Numbered from the whole stretch's first letter, positions 1 through 13,476 are shown. The stretch: DNA of 60,992 nt, filler included, from Sphacelaria rigidula (GCA_964200075.2; 9 parts of 9 records of this genome joined end to end with filler, not necessarily neighbours in it), one strand, 5' to 3'. A program made the numbers and translations. The notes: generated by a model not told the origin, from the sequence alone.

Positions 1-861
1 ATTGTAGCTTGGACAAATACACGCCGGTGAGTAGCCTAGGTACGCCGTGGTTCGTAGCCCGGGACAACGAAAATGGGAAATCGTCGAGTGGAAACCCCAC
101 TCAAATCACAAGTCCTTGGGGGGATTTAACGGCGTGCATAACCAGGGGATGAACGAGATCTCCGGTCTGTTCGTGCTTTTGGTCGGTGACACTTTTTCGG
201 CTCATCTTGTGGGGTCAGGCGCGCCCATAACTGTTATGATGTGTTCTGGGAAGACTCGGGTGCTGTTCGTCAGGACACCTTGCTCCTTGCCCAGGTGGCT
301 GTGCAGCGGTCCTTTGGAAGGGGACGCGGTTTAGGGGACGCAGTTGACATTGAAACAACTACTGTACTCCGCGAGCTCTACCGCGAGATAGCACAAAAAC
401 AAGGGATCCACAAACCTCATTAATATGGTGAAGCCTGGGACGTGCTTGTTCGCTGTGGTACTTCCATCGCTCACTCATGGGCGGGTAAACTTTGACGAGC
501 ACCTGGCAAGACTTGGTGCTGCCTCCGTACCGGTTTTCTACTGTACCCTCTGTAATCGTCATGATGCACTGTGCAAAAACAAAAGTCGGGACGCCCTGCT
601 GATAACCACCGTGTTCAACCCGTACAGCGCCTTGAGCGCCTTGCGCCACCGAACCGGTGGCTTCAACATTCACCTGGAGCATCAAGTAACATATACTGGA
701 AGTTTCGGGATCATCACATACCAAGTGTGGTGTGTCTGGAGGTATAACCTCAAGAAATACCGCCTCCATATGTTGGAGAGGAAACAAAACTGCAGTACCC
801 AGCTTCTTCATGTGTACGACGACCATTGTGTAGGATCTATGGCACAAGATCTCGCGCTCAC

Positions 862-3800
862 CTTCCAACGGCGATTCCGCTGCCGGCTGAGCGCGCTGAT
901 ATCGTAGAGCTGTAATAACAACGAACATCGGGCATCAGGTAGGGGTGAAGGTGAAGGGATCATGGCCCGTTATAAAGCACGGGCTTGCGAGAGTATTAGC
1001 CAACTCATGCGGTCCACCACAACTATGAAAGTCACCGGCAGAGCCGTCTTGGGACATTGAGCGTCTCATGAATCATCCCAATGACCATCAATCGTTTTCG
1101 CCCGCCATGACAAGATGCGTCATCGGTAGTGAGCAGCACCGACAGGAATCACCAACCTGTACATGAGCCGCTCCCTCGTTGCGGTGCAACAAGTAGGTCC
1201 CGCCCTCACGTGAGCAATTCTCCTGCACGGTCAACGGGAGATTCATGCACACATGTCACCCATGTGAGAGCTGGAACGGGGATGGAAATTGGGTGCTGGT
1301 CGTCTTGTCATCATTTGGCGATTCAAGGATATGGCACACGGCGGTAAAATGAACGGTTTAACGTCTCGTGCGTCAAGCTGAAGGTAGCATCGGGGCGGGT
1401 GCAGACGGCACATAAGACAAGAGCGTGCGGACAGTAGCGGTCATATTCTTCTCGGTCTCTCCTATGACGTGACGGACAACGATCTACTGAGTGCGTTGAC
1501 AGGACAACTAAGCGGTATTTATGTGCCACTGGTCCCTGCCAAAACATTTCCTCGATTTACGGTGCCTCTTGGCTGCACCGAGTCGATTCCGTAATGGTCA
1601 CCAAGACGGCGTGATCGAATAGCGTACGTATTGTCGACGCAGTTTCCTTCCGTGTTGCCATTGTTCGGTGATGTTGTGGTGGATGCTTCAGGCCCGACAA
1701 GGCGTGTCCGTGCGAAATACGCCAGACACGGCAAATATGAAACACGGCAACACATGCCTTTTACGCGCCGTCACTTGCACAGTCCATTACCTGCAAGAAC
1801 CGGAGGAGCATTGTGGCATTCAGTTCCACGACTCCCGGGTCAAACAGCGGTGCGGGTGCTGCGCCTGCACCAACCTCAGCAGCACCCTTGACCCTACCAG
1901 AGGCACCCCCAGGGTTCGTCCCCAAGTACGGAATGTCTTCCGTGCTCACCAACCGACACCCCTTGCAGAGAGAGAAAGCAACAAGGGCAGAGGAGGGGGG
2001 GGGTAAATCACCGGGAGCATCACAAGATGCTTCCATGTCACAAGCGCACACCTGACTCGAGGGGATTTCTGTGAGTATGGGAAGGGAATAATAGTATCAT
2101 AGGAGTCACCATAGACACGGGAAACGCGAAAGGCACATAACCCACGACGAACGCTTCCGCTCATCAATAGCAGTCGTGTGCGACAAAAAATAGACGGGGA
2201 ACGTGGTAACGCACGCAGACGGTGTACTCACACCCAAGTCACGAGAAATCAGTGCACAATATACGCAATATACGCCATCTCTATCCGGTGGTCTGACTGT
2301 TACAGCTAAAATCTGCCGGGGGCGGAGGATTGAGGGTCCGGGGATCGGCAGATGTGTGTTATTTCTCATGACGAGTACCTGACTTTCGTCGTGGAAAACA
2401 TCAGGACGCGCACGGCAAAAGAAGCGTATTTAACGCGAGTCGACGCGATGCCGGAGTGTTGATACAATCCAAGATACCACAACGTGAGCCGTGTACCAGG
2501 TGAGAGACGGATCAATTCCCTGGTACTTTAGACTCGTTCTGCGGAAGGGAAGCGGTTCAAAGCGTGACGTACAATATATAAATATATAAAATCAATATAT
2601 TTAGTTGATCCACCTGAATATAGCCCTTCTCTCGCATACACAGGGCTAGCTCTGGGACGTTTTCCATAACGTTGTCCAAGTAGTAGTCGAGGCAGGTACA
2701 GAGGCTGAGTTCTTCGTCACCGTCGTGTAGCCTCACCGATACCTGCGGATGCTCCGAAGTACCGCAGACCTTATGGTATTTCGCACGGTTCACCCCATCG
2801 CAAGCAACACAAAAGGCTCACGTTATCGAGGTAGATAGGCCAGCGAGCAAACTGGTTGAATATCGTTTTCATGACGAGCCGCAACGAACACTCAGGAGGA
2901 ATATTTCTCTGCAAATTGTAGGGATCAAGCCGTGGTGACATACAGAGTTTGGGGGATGGTGTCACCCCAAATAACGCCTGCGAATGACTTATCCAATTAC
3001 CGTAAGACTGCGGGTCTTCGTACATATCGGGGTCATCGCACGTATGTCGAGGTCCTGGCACAGGAGGGCGCTGAGAGAGCAAGAACCAAAGGATTTGTTC
3101 GATCATCGCACAGGTAACGGGACCATCGCACAGAGGTGCGATAACCCCGGGATAATCCCAACTTAGGGCGTGACGTTGAGTAGTACCGCGAGTGATCCCG
3201 GGGTACTCTTTGCGCTGCAACGGCCGCAGTGCTGACATATCACGGTTTTTCATCGTGGACTCCACTGCTGTATTTATGGCACTGTGGCGGTCCACACGTA
3301 AAAATGGGCAACATCTTCATCATGAATCGATAAGCGGCATCCACTCGAATAAGCACGTGAGAAATCCACATACCGTGACCCACAATTCGAGTACTGAATG
3401 CAGAGTACTTTTGACAAAAATATAAAAACGAGAGAGAGGGAAACATAGCAGCAGCCAAGGACAAACCTGAAGGGCAACTGGAATATATTTCCAGGAGTCA
3501 TCCACGTCGCTCTTTCTTTCGTGGCACCTAACCAAACCTGCTTACTACCCTGCCGGTCACGACTCGCTGCACGTCAGTAATCGATCGCAAACAGCCACCA
3601 ACTGGTCCATAGCACACCAGAAACACCCATAATCGTTACTGTGGTTTCAGTCAGAACCACACATATCGGAGTTATCGTACAGGAGTGCGTTGAATAGGCG
3701 AACAAAATGATCGAACTCAATTTCCGCACAGGTATCGGGGTCATCGCATATATCGGAGTTATCGTACAGGAGTGCGAAAAAAGTTTAGAACGAAATGATT

Positions 3801-6061
3801 AAAAAACAATCGTGCAGAGGTGCGAAGACCCGCAGTCTGACGGTGTTCACGGATATCACCAACAACTGTAAGAACAACAACAACCAAAGCCGCGACCACA
3901 AGCTCAACTGAACATTCACAAGCACTGAGCCTGGGTAGTACGGTAAACATCCCCGCTACACATGCCCATCACTAAGTATTTCACCTGAAGACTGCTTCCT
4001 AGCATGAGGCGCATGCCAGCCAGCTCCCACTGAAACGCACGCCAAAACCCCGCCGGTTCAGGCGGACGCGTTCCTCCAAAGGACCCGCCACGAGGCCGGC
4101 TCGGCACTATTGACAATATCCCGTCCCCGGATGTCGCCGCTGCCGTCTCGCTCGAGGAACCCAAGGCGGGCCAATTCCCCTGGTGCACATCCCACTCTCC
4201 ATTTCCGCCGTCCGTGCTGCTTTGTCTGCTACTGTTGCTACGCCCGCTGTTGCTATATTCCCAACCTCCACCACCACGACTGCTCTTGTGCTGCTGCTTC
4301 TGTTTCTGCTGCTGCTCGTGAATCGTTCCGCTTCGTCGGGTTTCCGAGGAATATCCACCCAGTCCACGCCTGCCACCACCCGATGCACTAGCATCACCCT
4401 CATCACCCCCATCATCGTTATGTTCTTCCTCCCTGTCCTCCCCCCATGCCCCCGGAGAGCGTTGAGGTTTACCACCTTTACCGATCATGACCCATCGACT
4501 TTCTTCCGCACCACTCCCAACAGTTTTGGTCACGCCATCATCATCGTCATTACCATCCCTCATCACCCCAGCGTTGGATGTTGTAGACGCCCTGCGCCCG
4601 CTATGCGTGCCGTTGTTACTGCCCGCCGCGGCATGATGGGCCGAATTTGGAGGTGGGGTTGGTGGAGGCGCTCCAGGCACGGGTGCCTTGGTGGGAACGA
4701 GAACCTCGCCGAGATTGCCATCTAGAACCAGGGTTTTCCCCACACGGTGAAGGCCCACTGTGACGGATTCGCTGTTCAATGAGGGGCAAGACCATTTTGT
4801 GGGCGATGGAAAAAGGATGACAGGGTTTAACGAGCACTTTCGCGGTGGTGGAAACGGGACAATCAGAACGGATCTACAACCGGGTATGTGCAGCTGAGAA
4901 CTCACGATAAATTGCGGCGAAAACCATGACTACTTCATATCATGATACGAAGCCGTACATATCAGGGGCGACCGCTTGTCCTCTCCCTAGTCACAAAACT
5001 TCGCGGATTCAATGATGCAACTTGAGGGTGCAACGCCGCATGAATGAGACGAAAATGTTTCGCGGCACTTTACACATTCCACATACGCTTTACCTCGTGT
5101 ACGGTAGGTGTAGCAGGTCCCTCACAGAGTCTGTCGTCCCCAGGAAATCGAGACCCTGAGAATCCGCAAGCCCTGCGCCGCTGACGGGAAACGGCGTTGT
5201 CGTGGAGGACTCGCCACGGCCAGAACGCCCGCGGCGACCACCACTCCCTCTGGCAAAGGCTCCGCTGTTGTTAGCGACGCTTCCACCATTCCCGCTGAGG
5301 TCATCAGAGGAGGTTGGCCGAGCCCTGAACCACGACTCGTTCCGGACAGCTTTCCCCCCGTCTAATTGTCTAACCGGGGATGTGACACTAAACTGAGGAA
5401 TGCACGGGTAAAAGATGAGGGGCGGAGAGATGGAGGTAAGGGTGGGAATGGGATGGCGAAGGTAGCAGCGTTGTGCTCGGATTGTACACTTGACTTCCTG
5501 TTGTATCCTTCACGATCCAGTTGTTGCTGGATAGAAAACCTAGGGCTCCTGAAAATGAGGTGCGCGCACCGATGGGCCATCTCGTTGGCGGTGTCCCACA
5601 CTTCACTGCAAATAGTCTCGAAAGCGCTCGAGCGAAATACATGCTTCTGGCTCGGCGATGTTCAAGGCCGTATTTGTCTCGAAAATAGTAACACCTACGG
5701 AGCACAGTACATTACATTCCCGCCTCATCCGAGATCACTTTCCCGTTCGTATCTGATCCTCAAGATCAACATGATATTAGGCATAGGAAACTGGAAAGTA
5801 CACTGTTGTTTGAAGGCCAAAACCTGTTCGGGCACCTCTCGCGAGGCAAAAGTGGGTAGTGTCGATATGCTGTCTGCTAGCGTGCCTCGCTCCTTTTAAC
5901 AGACAAAAGTAAAAACCTGGAAAAGTGCCTTTATTGAGCTTTTGCGTTGCTTTACGCCCCAAAAAAGAGCTAGGCGCAGTTTGACACCTAGGGATGACTT
6001 CCTCTACTAGTTGAAGCGGTTCCAGGACATCTTTCCGTTTGCCGGTGGCCGCAGTCCTCAT
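862..6061 (-). CDS. EDRF1: EDRF1-like (erythroid differentiation-related factor 1 family) protein, multi-exon, 3'-partial
   Basis: Frame-consistent GT-AG exons at 5824-5892, 5094-5392, 3985-4771, 2614-2769, 1791-1961, 1157-1222 and 862-909. They splice to ...[26 protein letters not shown]...[31 protein letters not shown]...[19 protein letters not shown]...[32 protein letters not shown]...QLYDIS, matching EDRF1-family motifs as recalled (HRIG, WLDN..VPEL, L.FL..NC). The first exon and ATG at 6061 are tentative. No downstream exon was found in the contig. Confidence 0.85.
3000..3843. mobile_element. Non-autonomous Tc1/mariner (pogo-like) TIR element in an EDRF1 intron
   Basis: ~21-bp TIRs CCGTAAGACTGCGGGTCTTCG / CGAAGACCCGCAGTCTGACGG. 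Flanks are TA and TG (mutated TA TSD). Subterminal repeats ATATCGGRGTYATCGYAC occur near both ends. Confidence 0.7.
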
Positions 6062-6082
6062 TTTGGCCAAACAGAAATTTTC

Positions 6083-6616
6083 CAAGGTTGTGTTCTGTAG
6101 GGTACGGTTTTCTGTATACCCGGGGTATTTCGCCGGGTATTTACCGTACCCGACAGTTCTGTAATATCTGTAAGACTTTCATACCCTTACCCGATAGTTC
6201 TGTAATCTCTGTAAGACTCCTGTACCGTTACCGGGAGGGCACAGGTGCGCTCTTGATAAGATACCTGATTGCGGGTACGGTTTTCTGTGCAACCTCCATA
6301 CCCTACCCGACAGTTTCTGTGAGTTCTGTAAGCCTCCCATACCCTTACCCGACAGTTCTATGAGTTATGTACAGAATGTTCACCCGCACCCGGAGCATGG
6401 GTGTGTTCTCGAAGAAATACCCGATTGCCCGTACCGGTTTTCTGTAAGCCTCCTATACCGTACCCGACCGGTTCAGTAATTTCTGTAGGACTTTCATCCA
6501 GTACCGGTACCCGACAGTTCTGTGAGCTCTGTGAGCCTCTCATACCCCCACCCGGGGTTCGGGCATACCGCTATAGACATACCCGATTGCAGGTATGAGC
6601 ACAGGTATATACCTTG
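6083..6616. mobile_element. hAT-like non-autonomous element built from degenerate ACCCG/TTCTGT subterminal repeats
   Basis: CAAGG...CCTTG termini. Many dispersed TACCCGACAGTTCTGT-like motifs occur in both orientations. A TSD cannot be verified because a LINE 3' end abuts the right terminus. Confidence 0.5.
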
Positions 6617-6688
6617 GGTGTACTCCCAACCATGCATGCCATAGTCATCAGACCATTGACCTCGCATCCCTACAAAGCCGGGAAGAAG
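6616..6688 (-). mobile_element. LINE 3'-terminal element, subfamily B (truncated by contig end)
   Basis: Near-identical to 54138-54204, 43304-43375, 47390-47416 and 60952-60992. Confidence 0.75.
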
Positions 6689-6788
6689 NNNNNNNNNNNN
6701 NNNNNNNNNNNNNNNNNNNNNNNNNNNNNNNNTTAATTAATTAANNNNNNNNNNNNNNNNNNNNNNNNNNNNNNNNNNNNNNNNNNNN
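6689..6788. other. Artificial contig-joining spacer
   Basis: N44-TTAATTAATTAA-N44, with stops in all six frames. Confidence 0.98.
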
Positions 6789-7009
6789 TCAGCATTCACC
6801 TCGCACTGGGTATTAGTGGGGTGCAGCAGCGCAACGGAAAATGTCGAACGCACGGCCCAATTCGACGAGTCTTGAGCTGAGATTTTGGGAAGACCTTCTG
6901 CACCCAAGGATCTGATACTTCACGACCCCAGCTGAAAATCCTTCTTTTTTCCTGGACTTATCGCATCAAAAAAAAATCCCGAAATTTCGAACCCCCATAA
7001 CTTCCTTTG

Positions 7010-7107
7010 CCCTGAGACCGCGAGGTTAGTCTTCTGTTGAATCGGCATCAATTTCAAGTGAAAGAAAGTATGCATGATCCAGAAATACTAATCTCGCGGT
7101 CCAAGGG
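7010..7107 (-). mobile_element. 98-bp piggyBac-type MITE (degenerate copy)
   Basis: CCCT...AGGG ends. Reverse-complement homologue of 59883-59980 with the same length. Flanks have decayed to TTTG/CTAA. Confidence 0.7.
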
Positions 7108-7124
7108 CTAATTTCTATTCTTTT

Positions 7125-7260
7125 ATTTGCTGGACCGTGATCTTTTGCATTTTGATCATAAAAAGCTGCTGTCAAGAATTCAGCGTCCAACTCCCAATAC
7201 CGCGCCGTGCGTCGCGTGAGCGAGGTTCACGCCTACTCTTGGCTGGCCCAGCTCGTACTG
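7125..7260 (+). repeat. Dispersed repeat (unclassified), second copy at ~25300-25430 on the minus strand
   Basis: TTTTGATCAT..AAGCTGCTGTCAA..TTCAGCGTCCAACT...GAGCGAG.TTCAC.CCTACTCTT.GCTG.CCCAGCTCGTAC is shared between contigs 2 and 4. Confidence 0.7.
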
Positions 7261-8328
7261 TACGAAAACGTCATATCTGAACGTCCTACTCCCCCATAGA
7301 CCGGTAGCGAAAATGCTCCAGCACACAACTACGACCCCGAGTGCGGTCAGTGGCATCAATTTATACCAGCGACAGGGGGGGGGGGAAACTGCACGCTGCA
7401 CAGAAAAACAGCTGGTCTTGTACTGCTTGAAGATACTTCTCACTTCTTCAACTGCGCCCCTGTCCAGTGCTCGTGTTGGATGCCACCAAACGAGGGAGAG
7501 TCAGAGAATACTCATTATGGAACGTTACCGGCAACATCAATACCAAATAGGCTGCACACAGGACGCCTGCAACGAACATACGCTCATCATTTGCTTGGGG
7601 CTAGCGGGGTTGAATCAGGACAACGGACGGTACTTCACGTGGAACATCTGCGGGGCGAGATCTCGAGAAACCGGCGATCCCGGCTATCGCAGCGCCTCGC
7701 GCGCGCTTCGAGAACACTGTCAGCGGATGATGCTTTGTGCTGTTCCCTGGCCAGATCCGGGTAGGTCGATAAAAAATCCTTCCGAACCTCGAGAAGAGTT
7801 CGTGAATGCCTTCCGCGTACAGTAGTTCTTGTGACGTTCGCGCCAATGGCAGATACTACCACGAAACTGATGGTTGCAGTGATTTCCGGTCACGTCATTT
7901 CAACATCAGAAATACTGATTAAATCAACATCGATAAACAGGTGCTGACGGCGCCAAAATGTTTCCACCAAGTGGCACAAGTAAATGGCGTATCTCCTCCT
8001 ACTGGTCGCAGGACACCATGCATCATGAATTTTGCCGGGCGTCTCGAGTTCCCTCAAAATATGCTCCGCGAACATGGACGAGTCGTCAAAAATTGCGTTT
8101 GTTGTGAAAAAAAACCCTCAAGAAACATCCCACTGAGAGCGCATCGTTCGTAGTACCGACCACTGCAGCCAACGCAGTCATGCCCCCGGTACTTGGCAGA
8201 TTCTCTCAAGCACCACCGTGCACAGGAGGGCTACAGAAGAAATACATATGTAGCCGGTAGGGTACTCTCTCCAGCGTGATGTGCACACCACTGCACTAAA
8301 CTGCAGTTGTGGGGTTTCAAGTGTTGCA

Positions 8329-8693
8329 CCGGTCGCCCCGATGGCTCAGTCGATAACCTCGACATATTCTGATGGTTGGGTCCTGGGGTCGAACCTCGGT
8401 TTAGTGATACGATATGGGATTTTCCCCCACACAATGCCCAACTGTACAGTCGAGAACGACGATTTGTCGCGTTGTTGTTGGAGGTACACAAAACTCGTCA
8501 AGGTCGACGACAGAAAGGCAGTGCTGAACTCCTCTCTCGGTAACAGACAAGGTGAGCACCGCATAAGGTGGAGAAAAAAAACCCCTACCGTGTTGGGTTT
8601 ATTCCTCCCGTGTGACTCCGGCTGATGCGCCCACATAAACCGAAAGGTGTAGACTGGCGTCCAGAATAGATGGAATGGCAACACAACACAACA
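8329..8693 (+). mobile_element. tRNA-derived SINE in nitrate reductase intron 4
   Basis: Head has A-box (TGGCTCAGTCG) and B-box-like (GGGTCGAACC) motifs. The 3' end is CCAGAATAGATGG followed by a (CAA/CA)n tail. Homologous to 32494-33117 and 47591-47959. Confidence 0.75.
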
Positions 8694-9606
8694 GTACAGT
8701 CATGCCCGTGAATGGGGCCCGATTTTGCATACTTCATTCAGGGAAAATGGACCGACCAACTACACAGTTGAATGCAGAAGAAATGAAACCTGAATGAGCC
8801 GGTCAGTATCAAATCACAAGTACACGCGTCACTCGAAATAACCACGGCGCTCATACAAATTGTACTAATGCTATCGAACATTCTACGACAACCCTGTACT
8901 GACGTTGCTGTGTACTTGTGCACAGGATGGCCAAAAGGGAGGATAGAAGCTGCTGCTCATGTTGTTGTGCCCCTCTTGTTGCAGTACGTTGTGCTCATAA
9001 CTCAAAGCAAATTCCTCGGCAACGGAGCAGAGAAATGGGCTGCGGTTTGATGCGTGCGCTTTCCACACACCATAACTTTTCAGTGTCGGGGCGGATTTCT
9101 GTGACGCGTGCCGCTGAGCCCGCAGTAGTTTGGAAACTGCCAAAATATACTAGAAAATGCCTTTTCTCCAACGTTGTGGGGCTTGTCGGATTCTCTGTAG
9201 CGAATTGAGCAAATCCGCCGCGTCACTAAGTAGATCCAGCGTGTGCGGGGGGTTGTCAAGTGCCACAGGGCGGTTTGCTTCCTGTCCCAGGAAAAATGCA
9301 ATGAAAACATTACAGCTCTCGCATACGAGACCTAAATGACTCAATAAATGGAGCGTGTGTTCTGTTCGGCAGAGGTTCGGCACAGGCCCGACCCGTCAAC
9401 GTCTTCAATACGTCTTGAATATCGCTCCGCGTTTATTTTATTTTTTGTTGACAGATTTTTGGTCGGTAAGGCCTTCATTCACGCGCATGAAAGTATAGTG
9501 TAGTATAGTACAGTACAGCACCGCACAGCAGGTGGGTTTCCAGAAAGCTCGATATCGACGAACAATATATATCGAGGAAAGCATGTACTGCGGAGCGCTC
9601 GATCAC

Positions 9607-11336
9607 CTCTCGTCGGATAGACGTTCCATAGTACCCATTGGGCAGCTTGTCTGCACCGACGAAGCATACGTGCTTGCCGCCCTCCTCGAAAGACTTGATT
9701 CCGATGTGCTCCAGGATATCCTTCACCCACACCCCAGTCCACATCGCGTTCGAGACAGCCGCAGGCCCCCACGAGAACCTGCAAGATAAGACCAATCGTC
9801 GTGATGACTGCTCAGATGCTGAGGGGGGGTTCACCAGCGTACTCATTGAAAACAGAGCTTACATACTCTTGTTGCCTATTCTATTATAGGATACACATAC
9901 TACTGTGAGTTTACAGTACGCATGGCGGTTCTCATACCTGCGGCTGGTTTTTGGAAAGCGTCGTGTACTGTACTGTAGGTTCAATAATACTGGAGTAGAG
10001 AGTGAGTCCCATCAGGGAAAGCTGACAAGACTTGTCTTAAGATTCATACGGCATACGAAGGTGTGACGTTTGTTCCTCGCATGAGGAGGGACTTTCATTT
10101 CTTCTCAGGACAGATGGACTCACCCAAGCCCTTGCTTGATCATGTTCTCCTCTTTTCTCCGATTTCCGGCGCACACGAGGGTTACGGGGATTGTGATCTC
10201 CTCGAAGTTGGCCTTGATGTACTCCACCGTCATTTCCATGGGCTTGTTGATGTTACCGCCGAATCGGATCTGCCCCACAAACAAATGTACAAACAATACA
10301 AAGCCGCGAACAGCAGACGTGGTGTGACCCCGCGAACGTTCGACAAAGAATTATCACGTTTGTTCTGTACGGGCGAATTTGTGAGTGCGCAAGTAGTTAT
10401 CGGACAAATCGTCCAGCCGATCCGGTCAAGCCCATTTCATCATGAGGCAAGGCGATACTAATGGTGCACGAGCCGACATTGTAGATATGATGTTGCTTGC
10501 CGTCACCGCTAGGTATACTCGACACCGTAATAGGGAAGCTCGATACGGAAACATGATCAGACCATTGCCTCGAACATTGCACGAAGATAGGCCGCATCTT
10601 CCGTGTCACGACACCCTCAACAATGATTTAAAACGTTCGAAGAACAGCCTACACCTGTTCCAAATACGTATAAACCATGAAACTCCTCACTGCGGTTTGG
10701 GATATTGTGCTATACCTTGTGGGCGTCACCCTCAGTGATGCGCGGCACAGCACCGTGGTTACGCACGTAGTGCAGCTCGTTGGGCGAGATGAAACCATGG
10801 TCGGTCAATCGCCATACAGGCGGCTCGACGTTGAACGGATGTCGCCCGGTGAGCCGCACAAGCTCAGGGTGGCGAGGCACCCAGTCATCGGGGGTGCCCT
10901 GTGATCATTTTCGTATAGGCCCGTCGACACCGAAGCAGGGGGGAAAGTATACAGTCACAGCGGATGATGAGCGCGTTGAGAATACGGGACGATCTACATC
11001 ATTCCACCTGTGCGAGTCCAAGTGTCGCCACTATGATCGGTCAACATGCGATTCGCTGTGCACCGCGAAGAACCATGACTCGACCTAGGAAACGGCTCCT
11101 GTAGTGGCCACGCCCTCTGAGCTACCGCCAATGACCCTGACCGTGCTCCTTGCTCCACTTCAACATACATGAGCTCTGTCTGCATCTCGAATTACCTTGT
11201 CGCGAGGGTCGATCTCAGTGGTTTCCTCTTTGGGCGCAACGAAGCCGTCCTTGTAGTAGTCGTGTCCTTTTACCGCCGCGACCTGGGGGTCAATCTTGTC
11301 GGGCGCGGAAGACTGGATGCCTGCAGCGGGTGCCAT
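9607..11336 (-). CDS. NR: Assimilatory nitrate reductase, N-terminal molybdopterin domain (exons 1-4, 3'-partial)
   Basis: GT-AG exons 11196-11336 (ATG), 10716-10898, 10124-10269 and 9607-9778 splice in frame to ...IDPRDKGTPDDWVPRHPELVRLTGRHPFNVEPP...LHYVRNHGAVP...[38 protein letters not shown]...VCFVGADKLPNGYYGTSI. These are hallmark eukaryotic NR motifs, including the Mo-ligand Cys in CAGNRRKE. The remaining exons are not in the contig. Confidence 0.95.
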
Positions 11337-11469
11337 TGTGTGTTAGTGCGGTGTACTGCACGACAGTAAACTGATTATTGATCCTACCCGAGGTGCAAAA
11401 AGCTCTGTTGTGCTTCTCTGCTTTACGGAGTTCTGCGTTGAATGGGCACAGATGGAGTGCACGTGGAGG

Positions 11470-11556
11470 CTGCGACTGCTGCTGCAGTTGTGGCTACTGC
11501 TGCTGCTGTTGCTGCTGCTGCTGTTTTCTGCTGCTGCGGCGGCTACTACTACTGTC
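11470..11556. repeat. Imperfect (GCT/CAG)n microsatellite upstream of the NR start codon
   Basis: Visible GCT/GTT/ACT triplet run about 135-220 bp 5' of the NR ATG. Confidence 0.8.
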
Positions 11557-12505
11557 AGTTTACGGTGCTGGGTAGCAGATGGCTTGACGAGAAGTGCGGA
11601 TTCTCTACCGTCGGCGAAGTGGAAGTACAAGTCATCTTCTTATAAGCACACGAACATGACGTCATGTTCGGAAGAGGCGTTTTGCGAGTGTTCATTACAG
11701 AACACCGAGACAGACAGAACACGCTGCCGGTACAGATTGGGACGGGTGATGTAGTTTTAGCCATGAATTTTCAGCAAAGAGAATCTCAATCACCAAAAAA
11801 CACCTCATATATGTATATATGTATATATGAATATTATTTCCCTCGAAGAGACGAGTTTCCGCATCTCTGGGACCATCGCTTTGGAGAAAACCAAGGCTGA
11901 AACCATTTACAATAGAGGTGCTATCCTCCGTAGGCTATGATTAGTTTGGATCACACTTGGAACATTTCGGAATAATTTCGGTTGGTTTTTAACGGATCGA
12001 TTATGACTTCAGGCGGCCACTTGATACCTTTGAGATCCAGCCGCGTGGAAATCGAGATGTATACACTACAGTACAGTGCAACAGCACTTATAGCAGTGCG
12101 GTGCAATGCAGCGCAGTACAGACCGTAACAATTCAGCTTTGAGTTGAGGCCTTGTGTTCTTTTCCAACTGACCTCAGTGTATACTGCCTGTATACTCTCA
12201 CCGACAAGTGAATGACTTGCGATCGTTCGACCGGACCGCACTGTACTATTGTGCTTATACGATCAGAATGTATCGAACGTTATCAACTGAGTCACCGAGA
12301 CGACCGGCTTGACTGCCAAAATAATTGAAAACGGCCCTCTTTTCAAATGTACGCCCCCGCACACAAACTCTCCACCACAGGCCGGCACGAAGGTAAGAAG
12401 TCGAAACGTGATGACCGGCCAATAGTAACTGATATATTATAATAGCAACCTGACTCACTTGCTTGCAATGCTACAGACAGGTGCGGGCTGCGAGGGCTTG
12501 GGTGA

Positions 12506-12937
12506 TCACAACACATCCCCCGCTATTGCCTTCTGACTATCAATAGTGTCATGACGTGTTGCGAAATGCAATCGACAGCAAGAGCGACGCATGTTCTCAC
12601 CGACAGTATCAGAGTAATACTGGGGATTCCGGACGGGTTCCTCCTCCTGCATGTTTACTGTTTCTTCCTGTGCCTCTTCGGGTGCTTGTTTGGCCTCGCC
12701 GTCGGTTTCGTCAAATTCCTTCTTCAACTCTTCGATTGGGGACACCTCGTCCACATGGCTACCCGAGGGCAACGCTCTCGACAGATCCTCCTCAGAACTA
12801 GCGTGTTCCTCGCGTCTGGCTCTCTTCGCTGGTTTATCGGACTCCGCAAACGAGCGACTCCCGCTATCAGGAAGATCGAAGATGCTGTACTTTTCGGTCC
12901 TCGAGAGAGGGAGGAGGCCTGCTTCCTCGAACGACAT
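12506..12937 (-). CDS. Hypothetical acidic low-complexity ORF/exon with NLS-like KPAKRARR
   Basis: 143-aa ATG-initiated ORF with a protein-like Glu-rich composition. No recognisable family, and the splicing is unresolved. Confidence 0.35.
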   Translation of the reverse strand: MSFEEAGLLPLSRTEKYSIFDLPDSGSRSFAESDKPAKRARREEHASSEEDLSRALPSGSHVDEVSPIEELKKEFDETDGEAKQAPEEAQEETVNMQEEEPVRNPQYYSDTVGENMRRSCCRLHFATRHDTIDSQKAIAGDVL

Positions 12938-13476
12938 AGTAGCCGGCGCTAGAAATATGCAGATTGGTTGGACTCAACAGTTCTAGAGAGGGTCAACTGA
13001 GTATACGTGTGGACGTAGCACCCCTTCACAAGTGTTGGAAGTTTTGAGCAAAGAACAGCTACGAGGGATATATGACGTGTATCGAAAGCAGTCATACCTC
13101 CTTGAATATGGGGTACGCACGCTTGGCATCAACTCTGCGTAGTTGATTGTTTGCTCGTCTTTGGCGTCACCATCATGAACAAACGCACCGGTACCCTTCT
13201 CTCTTTCGGCTAATATATCGTAAGTCTTGTTGATGCGGTTCTATATATCGCGTTCACACCGGTGAAACACCTGTAAGATCATTTTCCTGTTCATCTTTTT
13301 TCTCCTTTCCGTGAAAGTGACTTTTCCGTGTTGGGGCTTCATATTAGCGGCACCGTTGCAAATGCTTCGTAGAAATCCTTGTCGGACAACGAGGGAGGCG
13401 AGCCTCGTGTGTTGAAGCAGTAGGTCATGTTGCGACACTTCCATATGGATGACACGTTCTACGATAGCCCCCCCCC

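Noticed and set aside
359..928. 189-aa minus ORF with a QQG motif suggestive of reverse transcriptase
   Set aside because: No YADD-like or other RT motifs. It overlaps an EDRF1 exon in another frame and its intron.
6090..6600. Possible CRISPR-like repeat-spacer array
   Set aside because: The repeats are degenerate, irregularly spaced and in both orientations, there are no cas genes, and the context is eukaryotic. It is better explained as transposon subterminal repeats.
6733..6744. Regularly spaced TTAATTAATTAA repeats resembling an array
   Set aside because: Synthetic linker inside N-spacers.
13000..13460. Coding-like decayed sequence upstream of the 12506-12937 ORF
   Set aside because: Stops in all frames and no identifiable motif, so it cannot be called.
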